Part shown: piece by piece, positions 30,657-40,383 of the stretch
Layout: each line of letters opens with the position of its first letter
Numbering within the stretch: the stretch's first letter is position 1
Assembly (NCBI GenBank): GCA_013375475.1
Contig: JABXKD010000002.1
Span: 32,001 to 96,000 of the forward strand
DNA: 64,000 nucleotides
Direction: 5' to 3'
From: Promethearchaeota archaeon
GTDB taxonomy: Archaea; Asgardarchaeota; Lokiarchaeia; Sigyniarchaeales; SOKP01
The notes under the pieces: generated by a model
What the model saw: only the letters and a program-made list of their open reading frames with translations
Database searches by the model: none
Told to the model about the DNA's origin: nothing
Made by a program: the position numbers and the translations under genes

Positions 30657-31430
30657 ATGTCAACGCATAATAAAAATGGAGATATTAATAGAAAAGATGT
30701 AAGACTTGCGATATTTTTGACGATATTTTTCATAAGTCTGCTCTTTTTTAACTTTCTGGTTATTTCTATCGTATTTAGCTGGGCTGATTGGTTAGCAACC
30801 CTTATTTTTAGTGTACTTTTTATCGTTCCCGCGTATTTTTCAAACGCAGGAATGGTTATTGTCGGAGGTGGTAAACCTATAGATGGGGGGAAGTTTTGGC
30901 GTGATGGACGCAGAATATTAGGAGGTCATAAAACCATTTCGGGATTTGTTAAAGGACCATTATATATTGGTATTCCATTGAGTTGCGGTTTATTTTTATT
31001 GTTTTTATTGTTATGGCCTGCTATACAACAGATTCCAATAGAAGGAGCTTCAACTGGAGTATATGTATTATACTCTGAGATATTTTATTATGAATATTTT
31101 TTTATAGGTGGACCAATTCCGATTGGAATGCTAATGATAGTGTTTAGAATTATATTTTGCTCATACGGTGCCGCGTTTGGAGATTTAGCAGGTTCATTTC
31201 TTAAAAGAAGATTTAACATTAAAAGTGGAGATCCCTTTTGGGTTGTAGATCAATTAGATTTTGCTGTAGGCGCTATTATTTTTGCTATAATTCCTGCTAT
31301 CTTTTTTCCAGCATTATATTTGATCCCTGATATTAATATTATAATATTCCTCCTAATCCTGACTCCCTCTGTTAGTCTTATTGCTAACACTATTGCTTAT
31401 CTCGTCAACTTGAAAGAAGTTCCCTGGTAG
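30657..31430 (+). CDS. carS: CDP-archaeol synthase
   Basis: PAYFSNAG, PIDGG..WRDGRRILG.HKT, GDLAGSFLKRR, DQLDF; start set at ATG 30657. Confidence 0.92.
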   Translation: MSTHNKNGDINRKDVRLAIFLTIFFISLLFFNFLVISIVFSWADWLATLIFSVLFIVPAYFSNAGMVIVGGGKPIDGGKFWRDGRRILGGHKTISGFVKGPLYIGIPLSCGLFLLFLLLWPAIQQIPIEGASTGVYVLYSEIFYYEYFFIGGPIPIGMLMIVFRIIFCSYGAAFGDLAGSFLKRRFNIKSGDPFWVVDQLDFAVGAIIFAIIPAIFFPALYLIPDINIIIFLLILTPSVSLIANTIAYLVNLKEVPW

Positions 31431-31435
31431 GTTTT

Positions 31436-31951
31436 TCACAAACTTACAACTTCACACTTAATTTTTACTTGAAATCCCTGGTAATCTGAGAATTTAACAT
31501 AACTTTCGAAGATGAAATTTATAGCTTTTATATAATCACCATTAATACCTACTGCGATTCCTCTTTCTTCGAAGGAGAGAAACCCTACAATAATTATAAT
31601 CTGCCCAGTGTTAAAATTTCTTTCTATCCTTATTCTGTGAATATATAGATCAGGGAAAAAACCAAAAACTAAATTAATTAAAACACTTTCTTCCCGAACA
31701 AACACAATTCTCCTATTTTGAAATTTTTTTCTTAGATATGGTAATTTAGATTTCGCTTCAAAATACCTTCCATTATCAAGAAAGAAAAACACAATATCTT
31801 TAACAATAATAACATTTTTCGGAAAAATTTTAGTAGAATCATAGAAGAAGTGAAAGAGTAAGAGTTCTTTATTCGAGAATTTCTTCCTTACGGATAATTT
31901 CTGATAAAAAAGCAAATCATCAATAAATGAATTATGAGTCGTACTCAACAT
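31436..31951 (-). CDS. Divergent NusA-like KH-domain protein
   Basis: ERGIAVGINGDYIKAI KH loop in the second half; first KH degenerate. Confidence 0.6.
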   Translation of the reverse strand: MLSTTHNSFIDDLLFYQKLSVRKKFSNKELLLFHFFYDSTKIFPKNVIIVKDIVFFFLDNGRYFEAKSKLPYLRKKFQNRRIVFVREESVLINLVFGFFPDLYIHRIRIERNFNTGQIIIIVGFLSFEERGIAVGINGDYIKAINFIFESYVKFSDYQGFQVKIKCEVVSL

Positions 31952-32071
31952 ATAATTAAGAATTCAGACCTATTATTTTAAACTCCTAAGAAATTTAAAT
32001 TGAACACCAAAAGTTTTATTTTTGAACAAGACTATTTTAAGTAAATCTAAAGTGAAAATAATACAATTCAT

Positions 32072-32509
32072 ATGAAAAAAGCTGGATTTGAGTTTAGAGA
32101 GCATACTGCCGATGTTCAAGTAAGAAGTTGGGGGTCATCATTAGAAGAAGCCTTTTCGCAGACTGCTTATAGTTTAATGACGACGATAACGCCTAATTTA
32201 GAAGTTATTGCTCCAGAAATCGAAAAAAAAATAACAGTTGAGGCTGAGGACAAAGAAGCCCTTTTATTTGATTTTCTTTCTGAATTTTTATATATTTTTG
32301 ATGTAGATGAGCTCGTTTTTAGTAAAATCTATGTTAGTAAAATCGAAAAGGTGAGTAATAGGTATAAACTCCATGCTATTTTAAAAGGTGAAAAATTCAA
32401 TTTGGACAAGCACGAAATAGGGATGGAAGTTAAAGCTATAACATATTCTTTCCTAAATATAGAAGAAAAACACGAATCTACCGTAATAGATATAGTATTT
32501 GATATTTAA
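32072..32509 (+). CDS. Archease (RtcB activator)
   Basis: EHTADV, EVKAITY, C-terminal VFDI. Confidence 0.95.
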   Translation: MKKAGFEFREHTADVQVRSWGSSLEEAFSQTAYSLMTTITPNLEVIAPEIEKKITVEAEDKEALLFDFLSEFLYIFDVDELVFSKIYVSKIEKVSNRYKLHAILKGEKFNLDKHEIGMEVKAITYSFLNIEEKHESTVIDIVFDI

Positions 32510-32791
32510 CTACAAAGCAAGTTTTGAAAAATAATATCATTCAAAATTTTACTAGATTCAAATTGATAGACTATTCCTTTCTCGAATTTAGTTGTGTTTA
32601 TAGAAATTTAAAATGATTAAATTTTAGATGAGATAGTTCTCAAGGTTAATAGTTTTTATATATAATTAAATTAAAAGGGGAATTTTATTGCCTAGAACTG
32701 CATCAATAATTCCGTTGGCATAAAACCACTCAATGTAGTCATATTTTTATTTTCATTTTTTATCAAAATCCATATTAGGAGAAAAGAAAAA

Positions 32792-34264
32792 TTAACCCTT
32801 TACAACCCCTATTGGAACCAATCTTACGATTTTTTCTACAATTCCAAGATCATGACTTACTTGCACTACTTGATCTATATCTTTATATGCCCCCGGAGCT
32901 TCTTCAGCAATAATTTTAGGAGAAGCAGCTTTTACCATAATTCCTCTATTTTTTAAATCTTCTTTGATTTTCGAACCCCAATATAGTTTTGTAGCCTTAG
33001 ACCTTGACATTACTCGACCAGATCCATGAGCGGTAGATCCAAAAGAAAGATCCATGGCTTTTGGTCTCCCAACGCACAGATAGGAAGCCGATCCCATAGT
33101 ACCTGGGATTAAAGCAGGTTGACCAATAGCTTTATAATCAATAGGCAGATCTGGATGCCCTGGTGGAAACGCTCTAGTCGCCCCTTTTCTGTGAACATTT
33201 AACTTCATTTTTTTTCCGTTTACTTCATGTTCTTCAATCTTTAAAATATTATGGCAAACACCATAAATCAAATTAAAATCCAGACCGTCTATACTCTTTT
33301 TAAAATGCTCTTGGAAAGATTCTCGTAGCCAATGCGTAATTAATTGACGATTATTAAAACCAAAATTTGCCGCACATGCCATGCTTTGTAAATATTTTAC
33401 TGCTTCTGGAGTATTAGCTGGAACACACGCCAATTCTCGATCTGGAACTTTAATTTTATATTTTTTCATTGCCTGCTCGACATTTCGCAAAGAATCTGTG
33501 CATACTTGATGACCAAGAGCTCGAGAGCCAGTATGAACCATGACTGTTACTTGACCTTTATTAAAAATTCCTAGTTTTTTAGCAATACTTTCGTTAAAAA
33601 TTGTATCTACTTTTTGAATTTCAAGAAAATGATTACCACTTCCCAACGAACCTAATTGCTTTATCGCTCTTTGTTTAGCTTTTTGGGATATTAATGTCGA
33701 ATCGGCGTTTTTCAAAAATCCATTTTCTTCACAATGTTCAATGTCTTCTTTAATTGCATAGTCATTTTCAAACGCCCAATTTAAGCCATTATCCAAAACT
33801 TCGTCTAACTCTGAATAATTTATGTTCAATTTTCCCTTACTTCCTAATCCTGATGGAATATTGTGAAAAATAGTGCTTAATAAACTCGGAATCGATTTTT
33901 TTACTTCTTCAAATTGAAGATTTGTTCTTAACAATCGTACACCGCAATTTATATCATAACCTACTCCTCCCGGTGAGATCATGCCTGTCTCGGCATCTGT
34001 TCCAGCAACACCTCCTATACAAAACCCATAACCTTGATGAGCATCAGAAAGAGCGATAGCGTGCTTCTGAATGCCGGGGAGACACGCAACATTACAAATT
34101 TGATCAAGCGTTCTGTCATTTTTAATCTTTTCTAAGATGTAATCGTTAGCATAAATATGCACAGGCACATTCATTTGAAATTTTTCGATTTTACCTTCTA
34201 CTCGCGCCATTAATGCTTTTTGCGGAATTTCATAGATGTTATCGGCAACTTTATTCACATTCAT
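32792..34264 (-). CDS. rtcB: RNA-splicing ligase RtcB
   Basis: DAHQGYG, GYDINCG, GSGNHFLE, HTGSR, HRKGAT, HGSGR. Confidence 0.97.
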   Translation of the reverse strand: MNVNKVADNIYEIPQKALMARVEGKIEKFQMNVPVHIYANDYILEKIKNDRTLDQICNVACLPGIQKHAIALSDAHQGYGFCIGGVAGTDAETGMISPGGVGYDINCGVRLLRTNLQFEEVKKSIPSLLSTIFHNIPSGLGSKGKLNINYSELDEVLDNGLNWAFENDYAIKEDIEHCEENGFLKNADSTLISQKAKQRAIKQLGSLGSGNHFLEIQKVDTIFNESIAKKLGIFNKGQVTVMVHTGSRALGHQVCTDSLRNVEQAMKKYKIKVPDRELACVPANTPEAVKYLQSMACAANFGFNNRQLITHWLRESFQEHFKKSIDGLDFNLIYGVCHNILKIEEHEVNGKKMKLNVHRKGATRAFPPGHPDLPIDYKAIGQPALIPGTMGSASYLCVGRPKAMDLSFGSTAHGSGRVMSRSKATKLYWGSKIKEDLKNRGIMVKAASPKIIAEEAPGAYKDIDQVVQVSHDLGIVEKIVRLVPIGVVKG

Positions 34265-34412
34265 ATTATCTGTACTAGTGATAACATTTTCATAAATCTT
34301 ATGATTAATCGTCTTAACACGATTTTAATCAATAAACTGAGAAAAAAGTGAATTTCTTTCTTATATCACATTAAAACTTTAAAAAACAAACTAAAAAACG
34401 CAAAAAGGGTGT

Positions 34413-35138
34413 TTATTTAATATCGATAAACTTTAAAAGACCTAGATCGTCCAAATCGTCAATGATGACATTAATCTCTGCCTTTGGTACGCCCGCTTCC
34501 TCAGCTATATCCGCTACGGTGTGAAATCCATCTGCTAAATGCGCGATTTTATATTGCTCCTTGTTTAGAAAGCCTTGTATAATCACTTGAGAGGGAAGGC
34601 GCTTCGATGTCCATACGGGCTTCTGGTTCTGAACCTTTCGTATATCTTCTTCCGAAAGAACTAATCCTTTCTTCTCAAGGAGCTTCTGGGATTTGAGAAA
34701 ATCCTTCTCAAAAATCTTCAATATAGGTATTTTTAGTGGAACCTCAGCAATTCTGCCATCTTTTAGAACTTTATCTATGAATTGTTCGAATCCCTTAAAA
34801 ATTCTAACATCCCCTGACCAATTGCTTATTATTTCACTAAAATTTACCGTAAACTTATCAATGATGTCACTCAAAGCTTTGTGTGTAATTTTTGCATCAT
34901 CATTCTTGTCTGCTGCTGCCGTACACAATATGCCATCTTTAAAAACCAACAATAAATAGAAAATTTGCATATCTATCACCTTCAATTCACCTGATCCTTT
35001 CGAAAATTCCACTGAGAAATCTTTAAGTGCCGTTAAAAATCCAGATACAAGATCTTGATTAAATTCAATTGTTCCATACTTTCTATGAATAAGGCAAATG
35101 CCTGTATGCTGATGAATAAGGTAAACATTGTGTAAAAT
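34413..35138 (-). CDS. Longin-domain protein with C-terminal winged helix; extended 42 codons beyond the ORF track to an ATT start
   Basis: In-frame upstream ILHNVYLIHQHTGICLIHRKYG...DLVSGFLTALKDFS is a typical longin N-terminus; C-terminal ADGFHTVADIAEEAG...LDDLGLL wHTH. Confidence 0.8.
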   Translation of the reverse strand: MLHNVYLIHQHTGICLIHRKYGTIEFNQDLVSGFLTALKDFSVEFSKGSGELKVIDMQIFYLLLVFKDGILCTAAADKNDDAKITHKALSDIIDKFTVNFSEIISNWSGDVRIFKGFEQFIDKVLKDGRIAEVPLKIPILKIFEKDFLKSQKLLEKKGLVLSEEDIRKVQNQKPVWTSKRLPSQVIIQGFLNKEQYKIAHLADGFHTVADIAEEAGVPKAEINVIIDDLDDLGLLKFIDIK

Positions 35139-35407
35139 AGTTCCTATAACACCTTTGAATGAGTATTTTTTTGGTATTTTTTACTAGTAAGATATTTTTA
35201 TTTATAATAACACTATAAATATTTATTAATTTGCTTTTAGGGAAATATAAAAATTTCTTTCTTTAGCTTCATTATTAATCGTACTTTTTGATAATTTATA
35301 CATAAATATTAAGAAATTTATATTTAGGAGTAAGAGCTGATTTCTTAAATAAATTGAAATTCATAATTGCATTATAAATTATTATTGAATATTATTAAGG
35401 GAATTAA

Positions 35408-35722
35408 ATGGATTATTATATTTTTTTAGTTACGGTTCCAAATATTGAAGAAGGTAAAAAAATAGCAAATCTCTTGGTTGAAAGTAAGTTAGCGGCGTGC
35501 GTTAACATAATTCAAAATGTAATTTCAATTTATAGATGGAAAGGAAATATAGAAAGAGAAAATGAAATGCTATTAATTATTAAGACCACTGAAAAAAAAT
35601 GCGATTCGATAATTCAAAAAGTCAGAGAAATTCATAGTTATTCGAATCCTGAATGTGTTGCTTTCAAAATCGAAAAAGGATCAGAAAAATATTTAGATTG
35701 GATTAAGGAAGTTGTAGATTAA
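35408..35722 (+). CDS. cutA: Divalent-cation tolerance protein CutA
   Basis: LAACVNI, SIYRWKG, HSYSNPE, YLDWI. Confidence 0.95.
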   Translation: MDYYIFLVTVPNIEEGKKIANLLVESKLAACVNIIQNVISIYRWKGNIERENEMLLIIKTTEKKCDSIIQKVREIHSYSNPECVAFKIEKGSEKYLDWIKEVVD

Positions 35723-35745
35723 TATAAAACCTATGTTTAAATATT

Positions 35746-36555
35746 ATGAGATTTAATATATTTCAAGTAGATTGGATTACCGTTGATATCATCATAATTA
35801 TATTATTACTTCTGCTGCTAATCGGAGTGAAGGTGTTTAAAGAGGCATATAGATGGAGATTTTTTTTTTCAAATGCTTCTACCATTCAGAGAGTTGATAA
35901 ACATCCGTATTTCAACGCTCAAATATCTCCTATTTTTATAAAGAAGTGCACATTGACCAAATCTAGCGTTTTTCAGCAAGATGATTTAACAAAACCAACA
36001 ATAGTCATGATAAGAAAACATCGAAAATTCATGCTTTTAAAAGCACTCACAGAAGCTTTTTGTTCTTTTGGATACGCTGTAATAAACATACAGCTAAAAA
36101 CTATACCTAATAATGAAACGAATAGAATAACTTCGAAAGCTGAAGAAGATTTCCATCAAACCATTCCCAATATTATAAAGTTTTATAATCACGATATTAA
36201 AACCGTGAATCAAGAATACAATATTATTGAATTTAGTAAAAATTTTTTTCCGTACAATCTTCTTTTAAAGGACTCAGCCTGTAAGAATCTAATTTTAATT
36301 AATCCTCGTTTAAAATCTAACGATTTAGAAGCAATTAAAACTTTAATAATGGATTCAAACAAGTATCCTCAATTAATTACTATATATAGTGAGAAATTAA
36401 ATCCAATATTAAAAAACAAGAAAGCTAAAAAAAATTTACTTAATAATGAAACATTTAAGAACACTAAACATACAATTATTCAAAAAGCTAAAAGTACTTT
36501 CAAGTATTACGAAACTATACTCTTAAGCATAATAATTGGATATATAGAGAATTAA
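35746..36555 (+). CDS. Membrane-anchored hypothetical protein, possibly a degenerate alpha/beta-hydrolase fold
   Basis: N-terminal TM; FGYAVINI and NLILINP strands without a GxSxG. Confidence 0.55.
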   Translation: MRFNIFQVDWITVDIIIIILLLLLLIGVKVFKEAYRWRFFFSNASTIQRVDKHPYFNAQISPIFIKKCTLTKSSVFQQDDLTKPTIVMIRKHRKFMLLKALTEAFCSFGYAVINIQLKTIPNNETNRITSKAEEDFHQTIPNIIKFYNHDIKTVNQEYNIIEFSKNFFPYNLLLKDSACKNLILINPRLKSNDLEAIKTLIMDSNKYPQLITIYSEKLNPILKNKKAKKNLLNNETFKNTKHTIIQKAKSTFKYYETILLSIIIGYIEN

Positions 36556-36576
36556 TATCAAAATTATTAAAATCTC

Positions 36577-37284
36577 ATGAAAAAAACCAAAATTTTAAGA
36601 GATTATTCTAATATCGTTGTATATTCTAAAATTCACTTGAAAATATTACAGGAAAAAAGAGAACGCTCTAAATTTCTTTTGGATATGTTCGTTAAAGAGG
36701 GTTTGAATCCATTTATATATGGTAGTATTGCTCGAGGCGATATTCATAAAGATAGTGATATAGATATTGTTCTTGTACAATCAATAGCTCCATATCAAGT
36801 CGAGATTATACTTGATAGACATGGTTACAATAATTATTTTAGAGAAATTATAATGGCAACACCTGCTGATACCGTAAAACTCTACATATACTTAAACGAG
36901 TTAGAGAGTATTACAATTCCATTATCTAAATTTGACAAAAAATCAAAAGAATTTTATGATTTTGGAGGGAAAATCAACTTAGACCAAATATATAATAATA
37001 TTAGAGTGCCTGGAATCGATAAAAGGTTAGTATTGATTCAACCCATTAGTAACGGATATAAAGAATCTTCGATTATTGGAAACGAACATTTAGCAGCAAG
37101 GCAATTAAATGTTAGCATTGATTTGATTAATGAAAGAAAAAGAGTCCTATTAAAGAGAGAAAAATTCGGAAAAACTGGTGTATTTTTAAAGAGACAAATT
37201 GAAATGAACGAAAGTACCGAAGATGTGTTAAAAAAATTAATTAAGAAAAATTCGATTGCGAGAAAAAAGTTGATATCACGATGA
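36577..37284 (+). CDS. Archaeal nucleotidyltransferase domain protein
   Basis: YGSIARGDIHKDSDIDI, EFYDFGG, RVPGIDKRL, GKTGVF. Confidence 0.85.
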   Translation: MKKTKILRDYSNIVVYSKIHLKILQEKRERSKFLLDMFVKEGLNPFIYGSIARGDIHKDSDIDIVLVQSIAPYQVEIILDRHGYNNYFREIIMATPADTVKLYIYLNELESITIPLSKFDKKSKEFYDFGGKINLDQIYNNIRVPGIDKRLVLIQPISNGYKESSIIGNEHLAARQLNVSIDLINERKRVLLKREKFGKTGVFLKRQIEMNESTEDVLKKLIKKNSIARKKLISR

Positions 37285-38432
37285 GAGCGCCAGTGATTGT
37301 AGAATCGAAAGCAAACACATTTTACTTAAAGAAGAAAGGAATTTCTAAAGGATGTCAGCAGTGTTTAAGGGGTACTAAAGCAGTATTATTTCTTAATGGA
37401 ATCTGTCAAAATCCAAGACATTGTTGGTGGTATTGTCCGATCTCTAAAAAACGAAAAGGAAAGAAAGATACTTACATAAATGAGATCAAAATATCTTCTA
37501 AAGAACAGATACTACAAGAACTCAAAGCTATTAACGCCAAAGGAATTAGTATTACGGGCGGGGACCCATTATTTGAGCCAAACTTAAAAAAGACATTGGA
37601 ATACATTAAGTTTATTAAAGAAAACAAAGGTAGTAAGTTTCACATTCACTTATATACTAACGGTCTTAATTTTAACGAAGAAATTGCTAAAAAACTCGCT
37701 CAAGCGGGTTTAGACGAAATTAGGTTCAACCCATCAAAAGAAAATTGGGATGTGATAAAATACGCCTTAAATATGGGTATTTCTGTAGGAGCTGAAGTTC
37801 CTGTAATTCCAGAAGTGGAATATATTGACAATTTGAAAAATAAAATTGTTTACTTGAATGAAATCGGTGCAGATTTTATTAATTTGAATGAATTTGAGTA
37901 TTGCTCACCAAACAGCCAAAACCTCAAGGATCGAAATTTTAAGTTAGAGTCAGGCACAATTGCATCCGTGGAGAATAGTAAAAAATGCGCAATTCAACTT
38001 GTTAAAGATGTCGCTCCAAAAGTTTCAATAAAAATTCACTTTTGCACGATTAAAGCTAAGGACTATTGGCAGTTGAAAGAAAGATATTTAAGGCGAGCAA
38101 AAACGATTAAATTGCCGTATGAACAAGTTACGAGTGAAGGTTTACTATTATTTGCTCAAATAGAAGGAGAGAAAAAGGACATTAAAGAATTTTATACTAT
38201 TTTATTAAATGAAATAAATATCCCGAAGAAATTTTTATCCTACCAAGAAACGAATATTAAATTATCAATAGCATTTGCTATTGAGGAAACATTAATAGAT
38301 TTATTAACTCAAAAAAATTTAAAAGGATACGCTGTAGAAATGACCCCGTTTCGAGAAGAAAAACACCAACAAATAACGGAAAAAACACCAATTATGTTAT
38401 TCAAAGAAGAGATGGGCTTAAATGAGAATTGA
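37281..38432 (+). CDS. Radical SAM protein (conserved archaeal family)
   Basis: KGCQQC, CQNPRHCWWYC, ITGGDP, HLYTNG, GLDEIRF, FINLNEFE. Confidence 0.88.
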   Translation: MRAPVIVESKANTFYLKKKGISKGCQQCLRGTKAVLFLNGICQNPRHCWWYCPISKKRKGKKDTYINEIKISSKEQILQELKAINAKGISITGGDPLFEPNLKKTLEYIKFIKENKGSKFHIHLYTNGLNFNEEIAKKLAQAGLDEIRFNPSKENWDVIKYALNMGISVGAEVPVIPEVEYIDNLKNKIVYLNEIGADFINLNEFEYCSPNSQNLKDRNFKLESGTIASVENSKKCAIQLVKDVAPKVSIKIHFCTIKAKDYWQLKERYLRRAKTIKLPYEQVTSEGLLLFAQIEGEKKDIKEFYTILLNEINIPKKFLSYQETNIKLSIAFAIEETLIDLLTQKNLKGYAVEMTPFREEKHQQITEKTPIMLFKEEMGLNEN

Positions 38433-38868
38433 CACAGTTGAACTTAAAGACTTAGATGAAATTTACAATTTGGAAAGAAAATTTTTCAAGAAAGATGCTT
38501 TTTCAAAAGATTTAATTTTTAATTTGATTATGAAGAATTTTTTTTTTTTTAAGCTGATTGATGGAGAATTATCAAATGAAATTATTGGATTCATCATAAT
38601 TATTCAGGATCGAGAGGATAGAGTAAATTTGATTAATTTTTTAATCAGAAAACGCAACCAAAATAAGGGCTGCGGAACTTACCTTTTGAGCTATACAATA
38701 AAGAAAGTTAAAAAAATGCCTAATATAAAAACAATTGTTTTGAACGTGAACTCCAAAAATAAAGTAGCTATAAAATTGTATCAGAAATTTAACTTCCGAA
38801 TCGTTCAGAAAATTGAAAACTACTATCGGCAAAAGGAAGGCGCCTACTTAATGGTTTTGAACATTTAA
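38422..38868 (+). CDS. RimI/Ard1-like GNAT N-acetyltransferase
   Basis: QNKGCG, NKVAIKLYQKFNF, NYY...AYLM. Confidence 0.88.
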   Translation: MRIDTVELKDLDEIYNLERKFFKKDAFSKDLIFNLIMKNFFFFKLIDGELSNEIIGFIIIIQDREDRVNLINFLIRKRNQNKGCGTYLLSYTIKKVKKMPNIKTIVLNVNSKNKVAIKLYQKFNFRIVQKIENYYRQKEGAYLMVLNI

Positions 38869-38977
38869 TCTTTTTCTAAAAACCAAGACTTATAAATAAA
38901 TTCTATTATAAATTTTGTACAGAACGCATTGATAATGTGCTCAAAAAAGGAAACAAAATTATAAATATTGAGTGATT

Positions 38978-39133
38978 ATGATGTCCTTAGGTGACGAATT
39001 AAAAGAACAAATAAAAAAAGGTGTGACTCTCCAAAAGGTTGACGAGGCAGACATGAAACAACGTGAAGAAGAGAAAAAGAAACGAATGGAAGAATTAGAA
39101 AAAGTAAAAGCAGCCTTAGGAGCAAAAGATTAA
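38978..39133 (+). CDS. 51-aa micro-protein with a WH2-like motif and charged helix (below the ORF-track cutoff)
   Basis: MMSLGDELKEQIKKGVTLQKVDEADMKQREEEKKKRMEELEKVKAALGAKD; fills an intergenic gap, upstream TTATAAA and GTGA, downstream T-tracts. Confidence 0.75.
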   Translation: MMSLGDELKEQIKKGVTLQKVDEADMKQREEEKKKRMEELEKVKAALGAKD

Positions 39134-39279
39134 ATTTTTTATGTTTTTCGTATTTTATTATTTTTTTTCTTTATATTTTGTAAGAAGACAGACTTAGATA
39201 CTATTTATCTTCTTGTTTATACTATACTTATTTATACAAGTTAATTATGCAAATTTGAAATTGGGAGTCTGTTATACCG

Positions 39280-40353
39280 TTGAAAATTCTGGAAATAGAT
39301 AAAAAGAACGAAAAAGTGTCTGTAAGGACTGAAGATTTAAACGATTTATGGACGCTATATAATCTTATTGATAAAAATGACGAAGTTTCAGCAAGAACTA
39401 ACAGAAGGATTGTGTTAAAGGAAGGCTCTAAGGGAGAAAGAAAACAAATGAATTTAATACTAAATGTTGAATCTGTCTCTTTCCACGAATTTACAAGTAG
39501 ATTAAGGGTAAAAGGAACTATATTAGAAGGTCCAGACGATTTCGTCACTTATGGGACATATCATACGTTCAATATAGAACCTGGACAAAAGTTAACAATA
39601 AAGAAGACTAAGTGGTTAAAGAGCGAAATAAAAAGCCTTAAAAAACCATCCACTTTCAAAGCAGATTTTAATATGTTAATGATAGCAATCGAAACTGGAC
39701 TAGCCACTATAGCTCTAATAACAAATTTTAGTCATAATAGGATTGCTACTATTAAAAAAAATATACCTGGTAAAAGATATGAGCAATCATTTAGAAATAA
39801 AGCTTATGAAGAATTTTTTAGTGATATAAATAGAATTTTAATCGAAAATATAAAAAGCGTTAAGATAAATACTATAATAATTTGTGGTCCTGGAAGCACG
39901 AAGGAACGTTTTAATCAATTTATTATCGAGAAAGCCCAAATTCCCAATCTTCCAAAAATTTATTGCATTCAAGCTAGCTCTGGAACAGAAAGTGCTATTT
40001 TAGAAACCTTGAAATCGAAAGAACTAAAAAGCTTAAAGGAAAATGTAAAGGTTCTGCTGGAAACTGAGAAAATTGAAGAAATAATGCAATTATTTGCTAC
40101 AAATTCCGACCTTATAGCTATTGGATTTAACGAGATCTCTCACGCAATTGAAAAAGGTGCTGTAAAAGATTTGTTTTGCGCCGATATTTTAATAAGAGGA
40201 GCTTCGAAAGAAAAAAAATTACAAATCGAGAGTATTTTAAACGGAGTTGAAAAAGTAGGTGGAATTATTCACATCTTAAGTAGTGAACACCCAACTGGGC
40301 AACAGATAATTGATTTGGGGTCTCTCGTTGCAATTTTAAGGTATAAAATTTAA
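39280..40353 (+). CDS. pelA: mRNA surveillance protein Pelota
   Basis: DLWTLYNLI, RLRVKG.I..GP, GTYHT, HPTGQQI...AILRY. Confidence 0.94.
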   Translation: MKILEIDKKNEKVSVRTEDLNDLWTLYNLIDKNDEVSARTNRRIVLKEGSKGERKQMNLILNVESVSFHEFTSRLRVKGTILEGPDDFVTYGTYHTFNIEPGQKLTIKKTKWLKSEIKSLKKPSTFKADFNMLMIAIETGLATIALITNFSHNRIATIKKNIPGKRYEQSFRNKAYEEFFSDINRILIENIKSVKINTIIICGPGSTKERFNQFIIEKAQIPNLPKIYCIQASSGTESAILETLKSKELKSLKENVKVLLETEKIEEIMQLFATNSDLIAIGFNEISHAIEKGAVKDLFCADILIRGASKEKKLQIESILNGVEKVGGIIHILSSEHPTGQQIIDLGSLVAILRYKI

Positions 40354-40383
40354 AACACCTAAACATATAATATCTCTCTAATA

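Noticed and set aside
22844-34264. Inteins in DP2, Cdc6 or RtcB (common intein hosts)
   Set aside because: Protein lengths are normal and no C...HN-C/S/T blocks are present.
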